64,000 nt of DNA from Puccinia triticina (Eukaryota), in contig CP110439.1 in NCBI GenBank assembly GCA_026914245.1, positions 5,270,001 through 5,334,000 on the forward strand, in the 5' to 3' direction. Positions 46,720 to 59,715 of this stretch are shown here, piece after piece; positions within the stretch are counted from its first letter, which is position 1, and the number at the start of each line of letters is the position of its first letter. The position numbers were made by a program, and so were the translations under genes. The notes under the pieces are model-generated. The model was not told the DNA's origin and ran no database searches. It was given only the letters and a program-made list of their open reading frames with translations.

Positions 46720-49168
46720 CACCAGGGAAAAAAGTGTTGCACTCTCTAGAGAGTGCCAGGCCATAATTTCTGTCTAAAAGTCTGCCAGATATGAACAATT
46801 TCCCCACGTGTAAATGAGTTGGGTGTTGGCTGTGTGTTCATACGCAACTCATACTGATCTTATCTGTATCACATCTTGTTGGATTTGGTGAATTAAACTC
46901 AAATAATGGCTTTCTCCACTTGACAGCAAGTACACACACGGATTCTCCGATGACAGGTGACCTGGCCATGAATTCGAGAAAAACTCCAATTGATTACTGG
47001 GTTACATGGCCATCAAGTGGAGAAACCCTCCATGTGATGACTGTTTTAGATGGCCATCAGGTGGGGGGTTTCTCCACTCCATGATCCTGTGTATTGGCCA
47101 TTAAGTGCATACATCCTCCAATTGATGACCATTTATACCAGCATTTGAGTGGAGAAATCCTTAACTCAATGGCTGTTGTGTATGGCCTTTGAGTTAAGGG
47201 ATTCTCATATCAATAACTGGTGTATACTGGCCATTGATTGGAGATGGTATCCACTTGATTAAAGGTTACGGGGCTGTGAGCCGCCAAGCTAAATGAAAAT
47301 TACATGATATTCATCAAGGAGGGCTTTTATGATCTTCAAAAACCAGTAATTACTATCAATTGTGTTGGGGAACTCCCAGATCAGTACAAAGTAGATTCTG
47401 GCCATCCGACTGGGCTTTTGCAAGCTGGATGGCCAGTATATGCTGCCTTGGGAGCTTGGTAAGGCTGCCTCAATGACCAGTATGGGCTGGTCCTTGGGAT
47501 AGGGCATTCATGTGATGACCAGTAGGTACTGGTCATTGGATTTGGCTTTGGGGAGGCAGTGGATTGATTTCCACACTTGTCCACCCTATTGTACGGCTGA
47601 ACCATAGGGTGGACAAAATAAAGGGGTCCCCAAGTCGGGGGAGCCCTCTTGCAATGACCAGGACATACTGGTCATTGCGCTGGCCTTTTTGAGCTTGTGA
47701 GTCAGTATAAGCTGTCCACAGAGCTTAGAAAAGCCCATATGGATGGCCAGCTTGTGGTGGCCAATGAGAAGATACCTCCCAGTGCAATTAACAAAACCCA
47801 CTGTTCATCAAGTCTGGGGAAAAGTGTGATATTTTAACCATGTCCACCCCAATGTTTGCCCAAATATAAGGGTGGAAATTACATAAGAAAATCAACCCTC
47901 CCCAAGGAAACTGGGGGATGCTAAGCCAATCTGCGTTTCCCCACGCATCCATAGTTCACTTGTGACAACCTTCAAGCCCCCAGACACAATGTTTTTTAAC
48001 ATTTTTCCTCACATATTTGGGTCACTGCTGCTGGCCCATGGCCAATGATTTTAAGTGGTCTGGATACAGAAAGCACACAGTGCAGAAGTCTTTAAATAAA
48101 AGCCAGTGATAATTTAGTACCATTTTATGAGAGAAATACACACCATGTTGTTGCACCATACACATGGAAACTAAGGGACCTGTGATGAACTAATTCTACA
48201 CATGAAAGAAAATTAATGGAAAATGGTGGGGGAAAAGATGTAAGATGATCATTCTACAAGAAAAATGGTGCTAACCATACTTTGATTTGTGTGGGGATTT
48301 AATAATTGACTGTTCAATTTGGAGCTCTCAGACCACCTGTTGAATTATTTCTCCAGCTGGTTTCAGAAGCAAGGGAAAATTGGTGCACCTTTGATTATCC
48401 ACTACTCTACCCCCTTTACCTTGAGCAGTCTTCATGAGGATTCTACACTGCATTTTTCAGTTAGTTGTAGTTAAATTTACAAAAGTGTGCAATTTGTGGT
48501 CATGTACTAGGCAAGGTGCATATTCCAAAATGAACAGCTATTGACACTGAAAACTCAAAAAATTATGGTTGAGGTAGGGAAATCTGAATCCAGTAGTTTC
48601 ACATTTCATATTGCTGAGAGTTCAACTGCATGTTACACAGGTTTTCTTAGCTTTGACATGTTTTAATAGTTGAAGAATAGAAATCTTATGTCAAACCACT
48701 TTTCCGCCAATTTGATAGGGTAATTGGCATGTCAGAAATATGCCACAACAATTCATCTGCCAGTTGGTAGATCCTCTGAATTTGCTATTTCTTACAAGTA
48801 TGTTCCATAATGTGATTTTATGTGGGTTTTGAATGAAAAATTCTGCAAATCAAAATATTCCCTGGCACTTGGCTAAGAATATATTTGAGCATAAAGATAG
48901 GTACATTCTTTGAAAATTTTGTGTGCAATAAATCTCACTTCTGCAATTTTAATCATGATGAAACAAACACAAAACTTCAGCAGAGAGATATTTGTGTGTT
49001 GGCATTGAGTTACACATCATTTCACAAAGACTTGAACTACAGTTACAATTGTATTGGAAAGAAATTGAACATAGAGGTAAATTTAGCATTGAACTCACAT
49101 CAGACAACATGACATACAAAATTACAGCCTGGCACTCTCTAGAGAGTGCAACACTTTCCCCCCTGGTG
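46720..49168. mobile_element. Old non-autonomous CACTA-like element
   Basis: TIR CACCAGGG..AAAGTGTTGCACTCTCTAGAGAGTGCCAGGC; 3-bp TSD AAT; CpG-poor interior. Confidence 0.88.
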
Positions 49169-49539
49169 AATAAGATATCCATTTGAATCAAACATATCAT
49201 TTCAGAAATCCTGATTGGTTTCTAAAGATCTGAGTCCACAGACAGGAGCGGTTAAAGAAAATGTTTATCCTTATGATGATTTAACCCATTGGCATTACTG
49301 TCCAAGTCCACCATCACAGATACACTCGTCCGGCAATCAAGCTAGTGTGAATCTGGTGTTTGTGGCTATCGAAAAGCATCGAGCGCCAGCGCACTTCATT
49401 CCGGTATACATATATGGGGGAAACAGGGTGGTCTTCTAATTTTGGTCTTGGGGACTGCCTGCCTTCGTCACTGATATTTTATTCAAGGACATGAGATAGC
49501 TTCCCGGGACTTTTAGCGGATCATCGAAAGAGAAATTAA

Positions 49540-52078
49540 AGAATAGTGGTATAAGTTTCAATGTTTGCTAAGAAAGGAAAAGCTGTGCAAGGACTCACGG
49601 TGATCATGGACTGAAAAAAAGTTCATTTTTTTGAGAGAAAGGATATTTGGTAAGTTAATTAGACGGGTTGATCGAAGAGCTTGAGGTGTGCAAAGACGAA
49701 CTGACTGAAAGGAGCCAAAGTACGAAAAGCTTGGTTGAGCCAAAACAAAGGGTCACGAAGGAGTGAGGCGGAGAGGGACGGAGGGGTCAAGTGATCGGGA
49801 GAGTTCCAAAGCTGTAAAACCTTCAGTCTTGCTCCACATCGAACCGATTTGAATCTGTAAAATGGAGGCCTTCCTCTCGGCTTGCCGCACACACGTTGAG
49901 GTTAGTACTTAGGTGGCCCACTTCTGGCAGGTGAGGTCAAAGAAAGTGTGTTTCACTGGCCACTGAAAAAATAAAGGGGAGAAGGATTACCTCCAGATCA
50001 AATGGTGTGCCGATGGCCGCGTATGACAACAAGCTTCCGCCTCTGATCACTGATCTTGCGCACCTTTGGTCAGCCATACCCGGCGGAAGATCTGCAATGG
50101 GTATCAGAACCGGCGAAACGGATCAACCACATGTGTTCAAGTGCAGGGAGTGAGGCTGATGGGTACGCACGCGCAATGAGGTCGCCCAGCTTGGCAGACG
50201 CCGAATGATTCGAAATCCGCCACAGGGACCGCCGCAAGTTGGCCGGCTTGGCCAGGTTGTATTCCACCCTTGAGGCCAGTAAACTGTCGCATCCTCGGGG
50301 CGTTCCGAAGCAATACGCGTCGCGCAGGATGGTGTGGGGCCCTAAATCTTCGGGAGACTCGAGTAGTCGTGCATAAAATAACGAGGCAATCGCCCCGCCT
50401 AATCTGCACATTAACCAATCGGTCAAATTTTGGAATGGTGTCGTGGGTGAGTGAGCCGGAGGTTGCCACACTTACGAATGACCTCCCACATATAAGTTCA
50501 TGGGGATGCCTACCTCGTTGTGGACATGCAAAGCCACGCGCCTGATGGTTTCAATAATCCTCACTGAAGATCGAAAGTTGGTAAAAAAACATTGCGATTA
50601 ATCCGTGTGTAGTCAAACCTTTTGTTTGAGTATTTATGATGGGACAGATTTACGGTAAGGGGAAGGTTTTTCCCGCGCAGATGGAGCTGGAAATAGGCTG
50701 GAGTAGAAGCCTTGATGGGCACACCCCGCGCCTGCATAGACGAGAGAACCTCATTAGAATGGTGTGCACCGTTTCTGGAGAGAAAAGAAGTATACCTAGT
50801 TGGTCGGCACATGTTTCGAGATCTAAGGCGGTGTCGACGATCCATTCGCTCATGTCTTGGAACGAGGTGCCCTTGAAGACGATGACCATGAACGGGTGCG
50901 GCCTGGCCTCGAGGTCAAAGAATGCGCCCACGAACGGGCCCTTGGCCGTCTGGAAATCTATCAGCAGGTATGGGTGTTTGTGGTCGGCAAAAATCAGGTT
51001 TCAGGCGATAGTGTTCCACGAAAGTCCCGAGACGAACCAGCAATCGACGTGAATTGGCAGTTCCACTCTGCGGCCGCCTTGAGCATCTTCTCCTCGCTCC
51101 TCAGCAAGCTCAAGCGGACATCGTCGGTCGTCTCGAATGCTCGCTCCACACACGCTTGCTCCCGCTCGTACAGAATCGCGCTCATCAGCAGGATCGTCTT
51201 GGCCACCTCAACACAGAAATTGAGTTCGATGGGCGAAGGAGGTGGATCGGTGCGGTCGTCTAGCCCGCTCGAAAGAAACGGACGCGCGGTTTGGATGACA
51301 TGGGCCTTATTCTCAAACATTGCTACCATTTTTTTTTTTGGGGGGGGGGATGATAAATTGATTATTATTGTGGCTCTTGGGGGCTCCACAGTGAAGGACA
51401 TGCGTCTCACTAGAATCGTCCCAAGAGACAGTGCCATATCCTTCCATAAACTTTTGCGATATTACGGTGAGATAGCCTTGAAGGCCACAGAGGTTGCCTG
51501 CACGACCGCCACGAAAAAATGAAAATGCTTCAAGTTTTAGTAGTCATCAAGCGAAATGAGCGCAATCAAGAAGAAGCGGTAGGGTTAAACTCAACAAAAG
51601 ATAAGGAACGCCTGGAAGCAGTATAATGCGAGATAGATGAGGGAGTAGCACAGGAGCGAATAGCAAGAGTTGGTGAAGTCCGTGATGGGTCCCAAAGGGT
51701 TGCTTAATACCGACAAGACGAGCTGCTTGAGGAGCCGAAGGAGGGAAGAAAACACGGAAAGAAACGGGATGCTGGTGTCGCACTGGACACGTGATCTTGC
51801 TGAGCTCGTGACGTCGGCGGCATGGGCGGCGAGGAATGTCTGTTGGAGCTTACTGAGCGAGTCGAATATCTGATGCAGAGGACATCTGGTCAGCGGTTTT
51901 CTTCGCACCCACGAGCCACGCCGTGCTCTCCGCAACATCGACCGGAACGAGGGTCGAGAAAACCCGCGAGGAGACTCACTCTCTGGTAGTACTCTAGCTT
52001 CTCCGCTTCGTCCATGCCCAGGTAGTCCGGACTGCTATGGGAGAGAAAAACCGGCGCTGGCGGTGCCGCGTAGCCCAT
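49540..52078 (-). CDS. Class 3 lipase-family alpha/beta hydrolase with N-terminal hydrophobic segment (multi-exon; ends approximate)
   Basis: VIVFKGTS...EWIVD; nucleophile elbow YVGGHS|LGG restored across intron 50404-50475; DAYCFGTPR; C-terminal HDH. Confidence 0.85.
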
Positions 52079-52717
52079 GTCTCGAGTCTTCGGATGCAGG
52101 CTATCAGGGTGTTTTATGTGTTGGGTGTGCGATGCGAAACAATTTTCCTGTGGGGGGCGTCTTTATACAGCGGACGACGCCCCGCGGGACTGCCCTCGTG
52201 TCGGAGACTTGGGTGTGGACTTGATGTTCAGAGCCGGGCTCGGGCTGCTGGGCCGGAAGGGCAGCCGAGCCGCACCGGACGAGCTCTCTCCTGTGAAATC
52301 TGTGTAGATTTCTGTGCGCTGCCATGGCGACCGTGGCGGGGCTGTGTGGACCAGGCTTCCCTTCGCCCGTCTGTGTGAAGGTAGCTCCTTCAACAGGAGC
52401 CCGGAGATGGCGGGAATCGCCGCGCGAGGACAGCCGTGGGCCGTGCATAGGGAACCACTGGTTGCCCTTGCACCACTTTGCTCGAGCCAGCTGGGCATCG
52501 GAAGTTGCACAGCATCGCGAGAAGTGGGCAATCCTTTGAGGAGAGTGTCGAGCCAGCCTCCTGGCGCGTGGGACACCCAGAACGACAAGGCCACAGCGTG
52601 TCGGCAGACCCAGATTTAAGTGGCGCGGAGGAAGCACACACTCGGCTCTGACGCTGGGATGATGCAGTGCCCCTGGCCGATGGGGCGGGGGTGCTGGCCG
52701 GTGTGCGGCGAGGATGG

Positions 52718-52948
52718 TGTTATGACGTGTCATTTTAGGTATCACATTATTATCATTGGTTCACATACTTTCATTACATCATCACACACTTTATTACATA
52801 GTTTCATTATGGTTTTACATATTTCTTCTCACCAACCCAATTACATAATCAACCTTGTATATATATTCTATTCGTGGTGTAATCTTATTCTTCCCTTGGG
52901 GGAGTTTTTCCATCTCATCTCGCCGTATCCTGAAATCCTTGCTCTTCA
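52718..52948 (+). repeat. 5' LTR of Copia 1
   Basis: TG...CA; repeat of 57871-58101. Confidence 0.97.
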
Positions 52949-52960
52949 GGTTATGAGCCC
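52949..52960 (+). promoter_or_regulatory. Copia-type primer-binding site (initiator tRNA half-molecule type)
   Basis: GGTTATGAGCCC immediately after the LTR. Confidence 0.8.
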
Positions 52961-53071
52961 GCGCTGTCACCAGCGGGATCACTATATACTCTACCCCACA
53001 AACTTTCTTATCTTAGTCTGATTTAACTCTGTATCACCACACGGCACAGTTAACTCTCACATCGTTTTTTT

Positions 53072-56000
53072 ATGGTTCGGACGCGTTCGCGGAATCCTGA
53101 AGTTATCATCCCCGACTTCTCCGCTCGAGTCACGCCTCCACGATCTGCGGCTCCTTTGCCTGCGTCATCAGTCTCCTCTTTTCACTCTGCTGACGGACAT
53201 CGGTCTATGTCCGACGACGAAGAGAGCTCTTCTTCCCTTGTTCCTGGTTCTTTTCCGTCCAACCTCAACTCCCGTCCTGTCCTTTTGGCTCCAGTCGATT
53301 CAACCATGCGGTCTAATTTCCGTCCGACTTTTCAAACTTCCGCTCCTCGATCTCCAAATCCCCCTCCTCCGAATGAAACCCTGCCGGCCGAGTCAGTCTT
53401 CAATCCTGGGTCATCAGGCAAAGGCAAGGCTTGTGAAGTTCCCGACGTTCCTCCGCCTCCAGCTCCGTCCTCGTCAGACAAGCCTGATCTGACTCAGCTT
53501 TTGGGTGACGGTCTTCTTCGCCGAGTCATGGGTCCGAACGGTTTCGATGGTCTCAACGAGGAAGTCCTGAAGGTTTTGCTTGTGAAGGCCCTCAGTGAGA
53601 CTCCTAAGGCTAACAATGTCTCTTCTTCCTCGGTTTCGAGTCATCTTCACTGGCAAAAGGCTGGCGAGAAAATGAATCCATCTCTTCTACTCGATGGTTC
53701 TAACTTCCCTCTCTGGTCGGCGTCCTTGAAGGAACTTGTTGCAACCGTCACTCGCATTGAGAATTATTTCGACCGGGACATGTTCGAGGATGACCCGGAC
53801 ACTGCGCTCGGGGTTCTAACAATCATCAAGCATTCTATTGACCCGGCCCTCACCCCGTCACTCAATGGCATGACTGGACATGGAGCGTGGACTTCTCTTG
53901 TCAATCGTTTTTCTGGGGCGTCTTGGTCGGTCATTGCTACACGGTGGTCTGACATTGCACGGTCGTCGGAGGATGCATCTGATTTGGTTGCTGCCACTTT
54001 TGAGAAGTTCAAACGTGGTCTGATTGACCTTGAGACTCGACTGGGTGGTTGGACAACTGACAACCTGCTGGCTCTCACTTTTCATTCCGCACTCCGTCGT
54101 CACGGTTCCGACGTGGCCAATGCCATGGATTCTCAACTGGCTATTTCTCCTAGCTTGTCCATCACTGCTACTGACATCCTAAACGTGGCGACCCGCGTGA
54201 ACGCAAGCTTGTCTCCATCCAACCCACAACCAACAGTCATGGCAATGTCGAATCAACAAGGCCGTGGTGCTCGTTTTCGAGGTCGACGTCCTGGGAGAGG
54301 TCAATTCAGCTGCTCGTCAGGTGTTTCAAGTTCTGGCCACCTTGCTCCTGATTCTTGGGGTCAATCACACATCACTCCTGAGTCCCCATGTAGCTCTTGT
54401 TGGGATTGGGGGCACTGGGCTCCGGACTGTCCTCGCACAAAAAATGGCCTCCCTCCACTGGATGATCCTCGACGACTCAACCCCGCCTGGAAGCCCAAGA
54501 AATAATCAGTCTTGTCCAACAGGTTGCAAGTCCTCGACAACTCCTTGGCATCCATCTCGGCGGCTCCGGAAAAGTCTGAAGACATTCTAGTTGACACCGG
54601 CGCTACCAACCATGTAACGTCGCGTCGTGATATTTTTGTGTCTCTAAAACCTGCTAATATTCGGCTTTGTGTGGCGTCGGAAGAATGCCTTCCCGTAGAA
54701 GGCATCGGCGACGTAGTTATCAATGGTCCCGTCGGTAGTCTTCGGCTTCAAAACGTTCTTCTATGCTCACGAGTCAGAGGCACGGTTTTGTCAGTTGGTT
54801 TTTTCAATCGCTGGGATGGTTCGGTTTCTTTCGGCAATGGTTGTTTTTCCTTTCATCAACATGGTTCTACGTTCAACTCATACTCCGACAACTATAGATG
54901 GTTCATTTCTCTTTCCAAATCTATTCCACCTTCTGTCTCGCCTCCGCCCTCTGTTCCTTCGCTATGCAGTGTTTCTTCTCGTGTTTGGCACCTTCGGCTA
55001 GGCCATTTGGCAGTCCGTACACTCAACCGTGCAATATTAAATGATTCAGTTCATGGTCTCCCAACGCGACGTTTCAATTCTTCTGTAAAAAAATGCAACT
55101 CATGCTCCCTGGCAAAAAGCAGGCACGTTCCGGTTTCGTCACCATCGCGCGAATTAGCCACTAAACCAGGTGCTGTCGTTTCCGTGGATTTGGTCGGCCC
55201 GTTTCCCGAGGCAATTGATGGTAGCGTTTATGGCCTTGTCATTCATGATCTATTCTCTCGGATGACGTCTACGTTTGGATTGAAGCGCAAGGCTGACGCT
55301 TGTGACTCCGTAATTGATTGGGCTCTGAATTTCGTCAAACACACAGAACACAAAATTCTTTGCATTTGCTCTGACAATGGCGGGGAATTCATTTCCAACA
55401 AATTCAACAAATTCTTGAAGGATAATCAAATTCGACATGAAATGTCGATCCCTTATGAGCATCATCAGAACGGAAATGTCAAGCGCACCAACCGGACGTT
55501 ATTGGACATGGCGCGGACCTTTCTTGTCCATTCGGGACTTCCAGCCCATCTCTGGTTTCAGGCTTTGAAGCAAGCAACTTTCGTCTTCAACCGAGTTGTG
55601 CACAAGGGTGCAACCAGGACGCCTTATGAGATTTGTATCAATTCTAAACCTTCACTTGACATGTTGCGTATATTTGGATGTTGGGCTTACTTGCATGATA
55701 TCAACTATCTTAAGCAGTTTGTTCCTCGGTCAAAAGAATTAATTCATGTGGGAATTTCCGACGTCGCGCACGGTTGGATTCTTTGGGACCCGGTGGCCAA
55801 CAAACTGGAGCGTGGAGCGTCCGTTGTTTTTCATGAAAATGAATTACCTTATGCGTTGCGTAACCCCGGCGAGTTGCCTGCTGTTTTAAACTCAATTTCT
55901 GTTCAACGGCTTGGGGATTTCTCCTTGATGAAGGAGTTTGATATTCAAGATGCCTGCCTGGATTCTGCAGTTTCTGTGGCCCCCTTCATCTCTGACGCGC

Positions 56001-57631
56001 CTGACACGTACCGTCACGCAGTCGAATCAGACTCCAGTACTCAGTGGATGCGGGCGTGCGACGACGAAGTTGGCATGATGATCTCACTTCATGTTTGGGA
56101 TGAGGTCCCGATGTCGACTCACTTCGATGTCATCAACTGCCGTTGGGTCTTTGCGCTGAAGCGGAGTCAAGAGGGCGAAATAACTCGTTTCAAGGCACGG
56201 ATCGTGGCACAAGGATTTCGTCAAGTTCATGGAGTCAATGTGGGAGAAACATTTGCTCCCACCCCAACTTTCACATCGCTACGGGTCTTGCTTGCGATTG
56301 CGTCTCGATTCTCGTGGCCGGTTGCATCCTTCGATGTCAAATCAGCATTCCTTCACAGCGACATTGACCACGATGTCTATATTCGCCCGCCACCTGGTGT
56401 GAAGGTTTCTCCAGGATGTGTCCTTAAGCTTTGAAAGGCTCTTTACGGGACTTGACAGGCAAGCCGTTGTTGGTGGATGCATTTGAAAAGCCGTCTCTCC
56501 TCAATTGGTTTCTTTCCCAATCTTGAAGATCAATCCACTTATTCTTACCGGGATGGTTCCGATATGGCTTTTTTATGGGTCCATGTGAACGACGGCATCT
56601 TCACCGCCAGCTCTAAGTCTTTGCTCGAACGCCTCAAATCAATGCTAGATTCAGTTCTTGATCTTAAGTGGGACTGCCAGCTGTCTAGCATTGTCGGGTT
56701 GCGGGTGTGTGAAGTCCCGGGAGGTTTTCGCATTGATCAACCTCTCTTAGTCAAAAAGATTGTTAGCTTGATTCCTTCCAACATCAAAACTCGAACTCCA
56801 ATCCTCTCTTCGGACTTGCTCTCAAACCCGTCTAAAGAAATGGATAAACAATATCTCTCTGTCGTCGGTTGCCTTCTCTACTTGTCTCAGGGATCTAGGC
56901 CGGACATTACTTTTGCTGTGAATTTCTTGGCGCGTTTTTCGATGGCGCCGGATGATTCGCACTGGTCCGCTTTGGATCACCTTGTTGGATATATCCGTTT
57001 CACGGCGGCGGCGTCTCTTCCTATCATTGCGGGAGGAGACGAGTCCGAGGCCGTCAAGACGTTTGTCGATGCCAATTGGGGAGGCGAAGGTTCTCGCTCT
57101 GTTCATGGCCTCATCTCTACGGTCTGGGGCGCGCCGGTTTCGTGGAACTCTAAAAGACAGACTTGTTGCGCGCGCTCGACATGCCAGGCGGAGTACATGG
57201 CCTTGTCTTTCGCCTCGAAAGACGCATGCTACATTTTCTCTCTCCTTTCAAAATTCTTTCCGGTTTCGCCTCCACTCATCCTTTCCGACAACAAGGCTGC
57301 GGTATATATCTCCAAGGACTGTGGTACTCGCAAGGAGCATCGGCACATTGATCGGGAATTTCACACCATCAACGAGCTACTCTATCGGAAGAAGGTTCGA
57401 CTGGACTGGATTTCGACGAATAATCAGCTTGCCGACATATTCACCAAGGCTTTGGGATGGAGGAAGGTTGTTGAGTTTGCCACTCAGACGGGCCTGCGGT
57501 GCCCGTCACAAACTATGGCAAGTACAGGGGGGACAGCATGCGCTAGCTGCGAGGGACATGCGCCCCCCGCATCTGTCCGTCTCTCTCCACGTCCTCAGGA
57601 TTCTTGTCGTGATTGGTTCAGCGGAGGTTAA
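53072..57631 (+). pseudogene. Copia gag-pol, one frame with three internal stops
   Basis: CSSCWDWGHWAPDC, VDTGA, WHLRLGH..CNSC, SDNGGEF, FDVKSAFL, VDANW, LADIFTK; stops at 54503, 56432 and 56453. Confidence 0.95.
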
Positions 57632-57870
57632 CCAATAATGTTTTATTCCTTTCTTTTTCAGCGATTTTCTGGTTCCATTCTGGTCGTCGACTCCTCTCCT
57701 TTCTGGTTTCACCGCTCCCATTTCCAGTTCTATTTCAATTCTTTTTTCTTCCTTTTCTCTGTTGTTCTCATTTTCTATTTCTTATCTTTGTCTATTTTTT
57801 CTCAAATTTTTTACTCTCTCTGCTTTTGTTCTCTTTGTTTTTGGTTTTTTGGGGTTGCTGAGGGGGGGAG

Positions 57871-58101
57871 TGTTATGACGTGTCATTTTAGGTATCACAT
57901 TATTATCATTGGTTCACATACTTTCATTACATCATCACACACTTTATTACATAGTTTCATTATGGTTTTACATATTTCTTCTCACCAACCCAATTACATA
58001 ATCAACCTTGTATATATATTCTATTCGTGGTGTAATCTTATTCTTCCCTTGGGGGAGTTTTTCCATCTCATCTCGCCGTATCCTGAAATCCTTGCTCTTC
58101 A
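57871..58101 (+). repeat. 3' LTR of Copia 1
   Basis: Repeat of 52718-52948. Confidence 0.97.
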
Positions 58102-58525
58102 GATGGGTCTACTTCAGGCTCATGCTGGCCCGTGTGCAGCCATGGGCGCCCCATCAGGACTCCACGAGCACAGGGACTACTTTACCTCTCACCTCCGTCT
58201 GCAAGTGTCCACGAAGTGGCGGACTTCATGCCGGGGGTCTCCCGGATTTTTCTCCGTGTTGCTGTCTCAGTGAGTGGTTGGCAGCCGTGTCGGCAATATC
58301 CCCGGACACCCATGAGACGGTCTCAAAAGCTGGCTCCACATCTGCAAACCCGCTTTAAACGCTACACATGCCACGAAAAATCCCATCACCTCGGACTCGT
58401 CGAAAGCGACTGGAAAACAAACTGTGTCAATTTTCTGAAATTATAAGCATGAAGATGCGAAATAGCGGTACAAGTGTAAACGTCAGCCGGCTCATTTCCA
58501 TCTGCGCTCAAGGAGCTGAAACTAC

Positions 58526-58621
58526 CCAACTTAACTCAGTTCCTGGGGGGACGCCGTCCCGCAGGGACCCTCTCCTTCGGAGGTCGCTTCGCTCTCCCGA
58601 TGAGGGAACTAGCCAAGTTAG
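58526..58621. mobile_element. 96-bp mini hairpin-TIR element
   Basis: CCAACTTAAC...CCAAGTTAG; 9-bp TSD TGAAACTAC. Confidence 0.88.
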
Positions 58622-59257
58622 TGAAACTACCACCGACGGGTATTGATGTTTTGGGATTTGGTGGGTTTGCTTCATCTATTTGATTACTTGGTCGAGTTGC
58701 TGAAACTTCCCTATAAACTTAAGACAAGTCCGCCCCTGGTGGGAGGCTGGCTGTGGGAGGCTGTGGGCCGTGGCTGACAGTGAAGGCGAAGCCGCCCTTC
58801 CCGCACGAAAAGCCCTCCGGCTGGGGTCCCCCGGACTCTCTGTTCGAGAGGCTAGGAAAATTCCGGCTTCGGCCCACGATCAGCAACTTGTCGGCCGACC
58901 CGGCCATCGAACTGGTTTCTGGAAGGTGTGGGTGTGACCACCAAAGTCCGAGGAGGTGCGTACTTGTTGGGAAAAAATCTTAGCGTGATCGCTTTCTTCT
59001 TTTATCGAAGACATTCAACTCTCGTAACGGCAAGACAGCCAGTATACCCTTCAAAAACTTCTTCTGCGTGCATGTCATAAGCCAAGTTTCAGGTAAAGAC
59101 AAAGTGAGGTTTACAGTCGCATTTGTGAACTGTTTGCCCAACCCTTGGACCCGGCTATCAATAAAGGATTCCATGAGATCCCATGCCAGTTACCTGACAC
59201 AAAGATCCAGCCCGCCTGCCCTCAGGCCCTGACCGACAACCATTCCTTTGAGAAATC

Positions 59258-59715
59258 ATGTGGCTTCTTCATTACTTCCTTGTTTTTGTCTCGCTTAGCC
59301 AGCTCATGACCGACACTCACGCGTACCTATATGCACCCGCATCAAAAATTTGGCTTCCTCAGAGTCCCGCGCCGGCCACATTATTGGCCGACGCCACGAC
59401 AGGCTTCCACTCATGTATGTTCTTTACTGGGCTTCCATCTCGAAAGCATCCGCCGCTTACTTGATCAACTTCGTTTCCTGTCCCCAAGTCCTGAACTTGC
59501 CTCATAAAGCAGCAATTGCCAATTTCCAAAAACAGTTTCAAATTTGCTCTCTGCAGGACGAACCACTCGCAGCTAGACTTCTCCACCAAGTGTTGTACAG
59601 TCTTCTGAGCCACCCATCCATGTCTCGGAAACGTCTAGGGGAATGGTTCCAAGCACTCGCCGATGCAGCAATTGCCCACAATATTCATAATGGGCGACAA
59701 GGAGGAGACACCTAA
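59258..59715 (+). CDS. Putative secreted protein, probably truncated by a Copia LTR (exons 59258-59414 and 59489 onward)
   Basis: Signal-peptide-like MWLLHYFLVFVSLSQLMTDTHA; a phase-1 GT-AG intron joins the two ORFs. Confidence 0.6.

Larger units (their letters stand above)
52718..58101 (+). mobile_element. Full-length but defective Ty1/Copia retrotransposon
   Basis: 231-bp LTRs identical by eye; TSD GATGG; PBS GGTTATGAGCCC; PPT GAGGGGGGGAG at 57860-57870. Confidence 0.98.

Noticed and set aside
52077..52717. Many overlapping GC-rich ORFs upstream of the lipase
   Set aside because: Expected in GC-rich DNA; no frame convincingly continues across the Copia TSD
57638..58273. 211-aa Phe-rich membrane-like ORF
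   Set aside because: Translation of the T-rich Copia 3' UTR, LTR and flank
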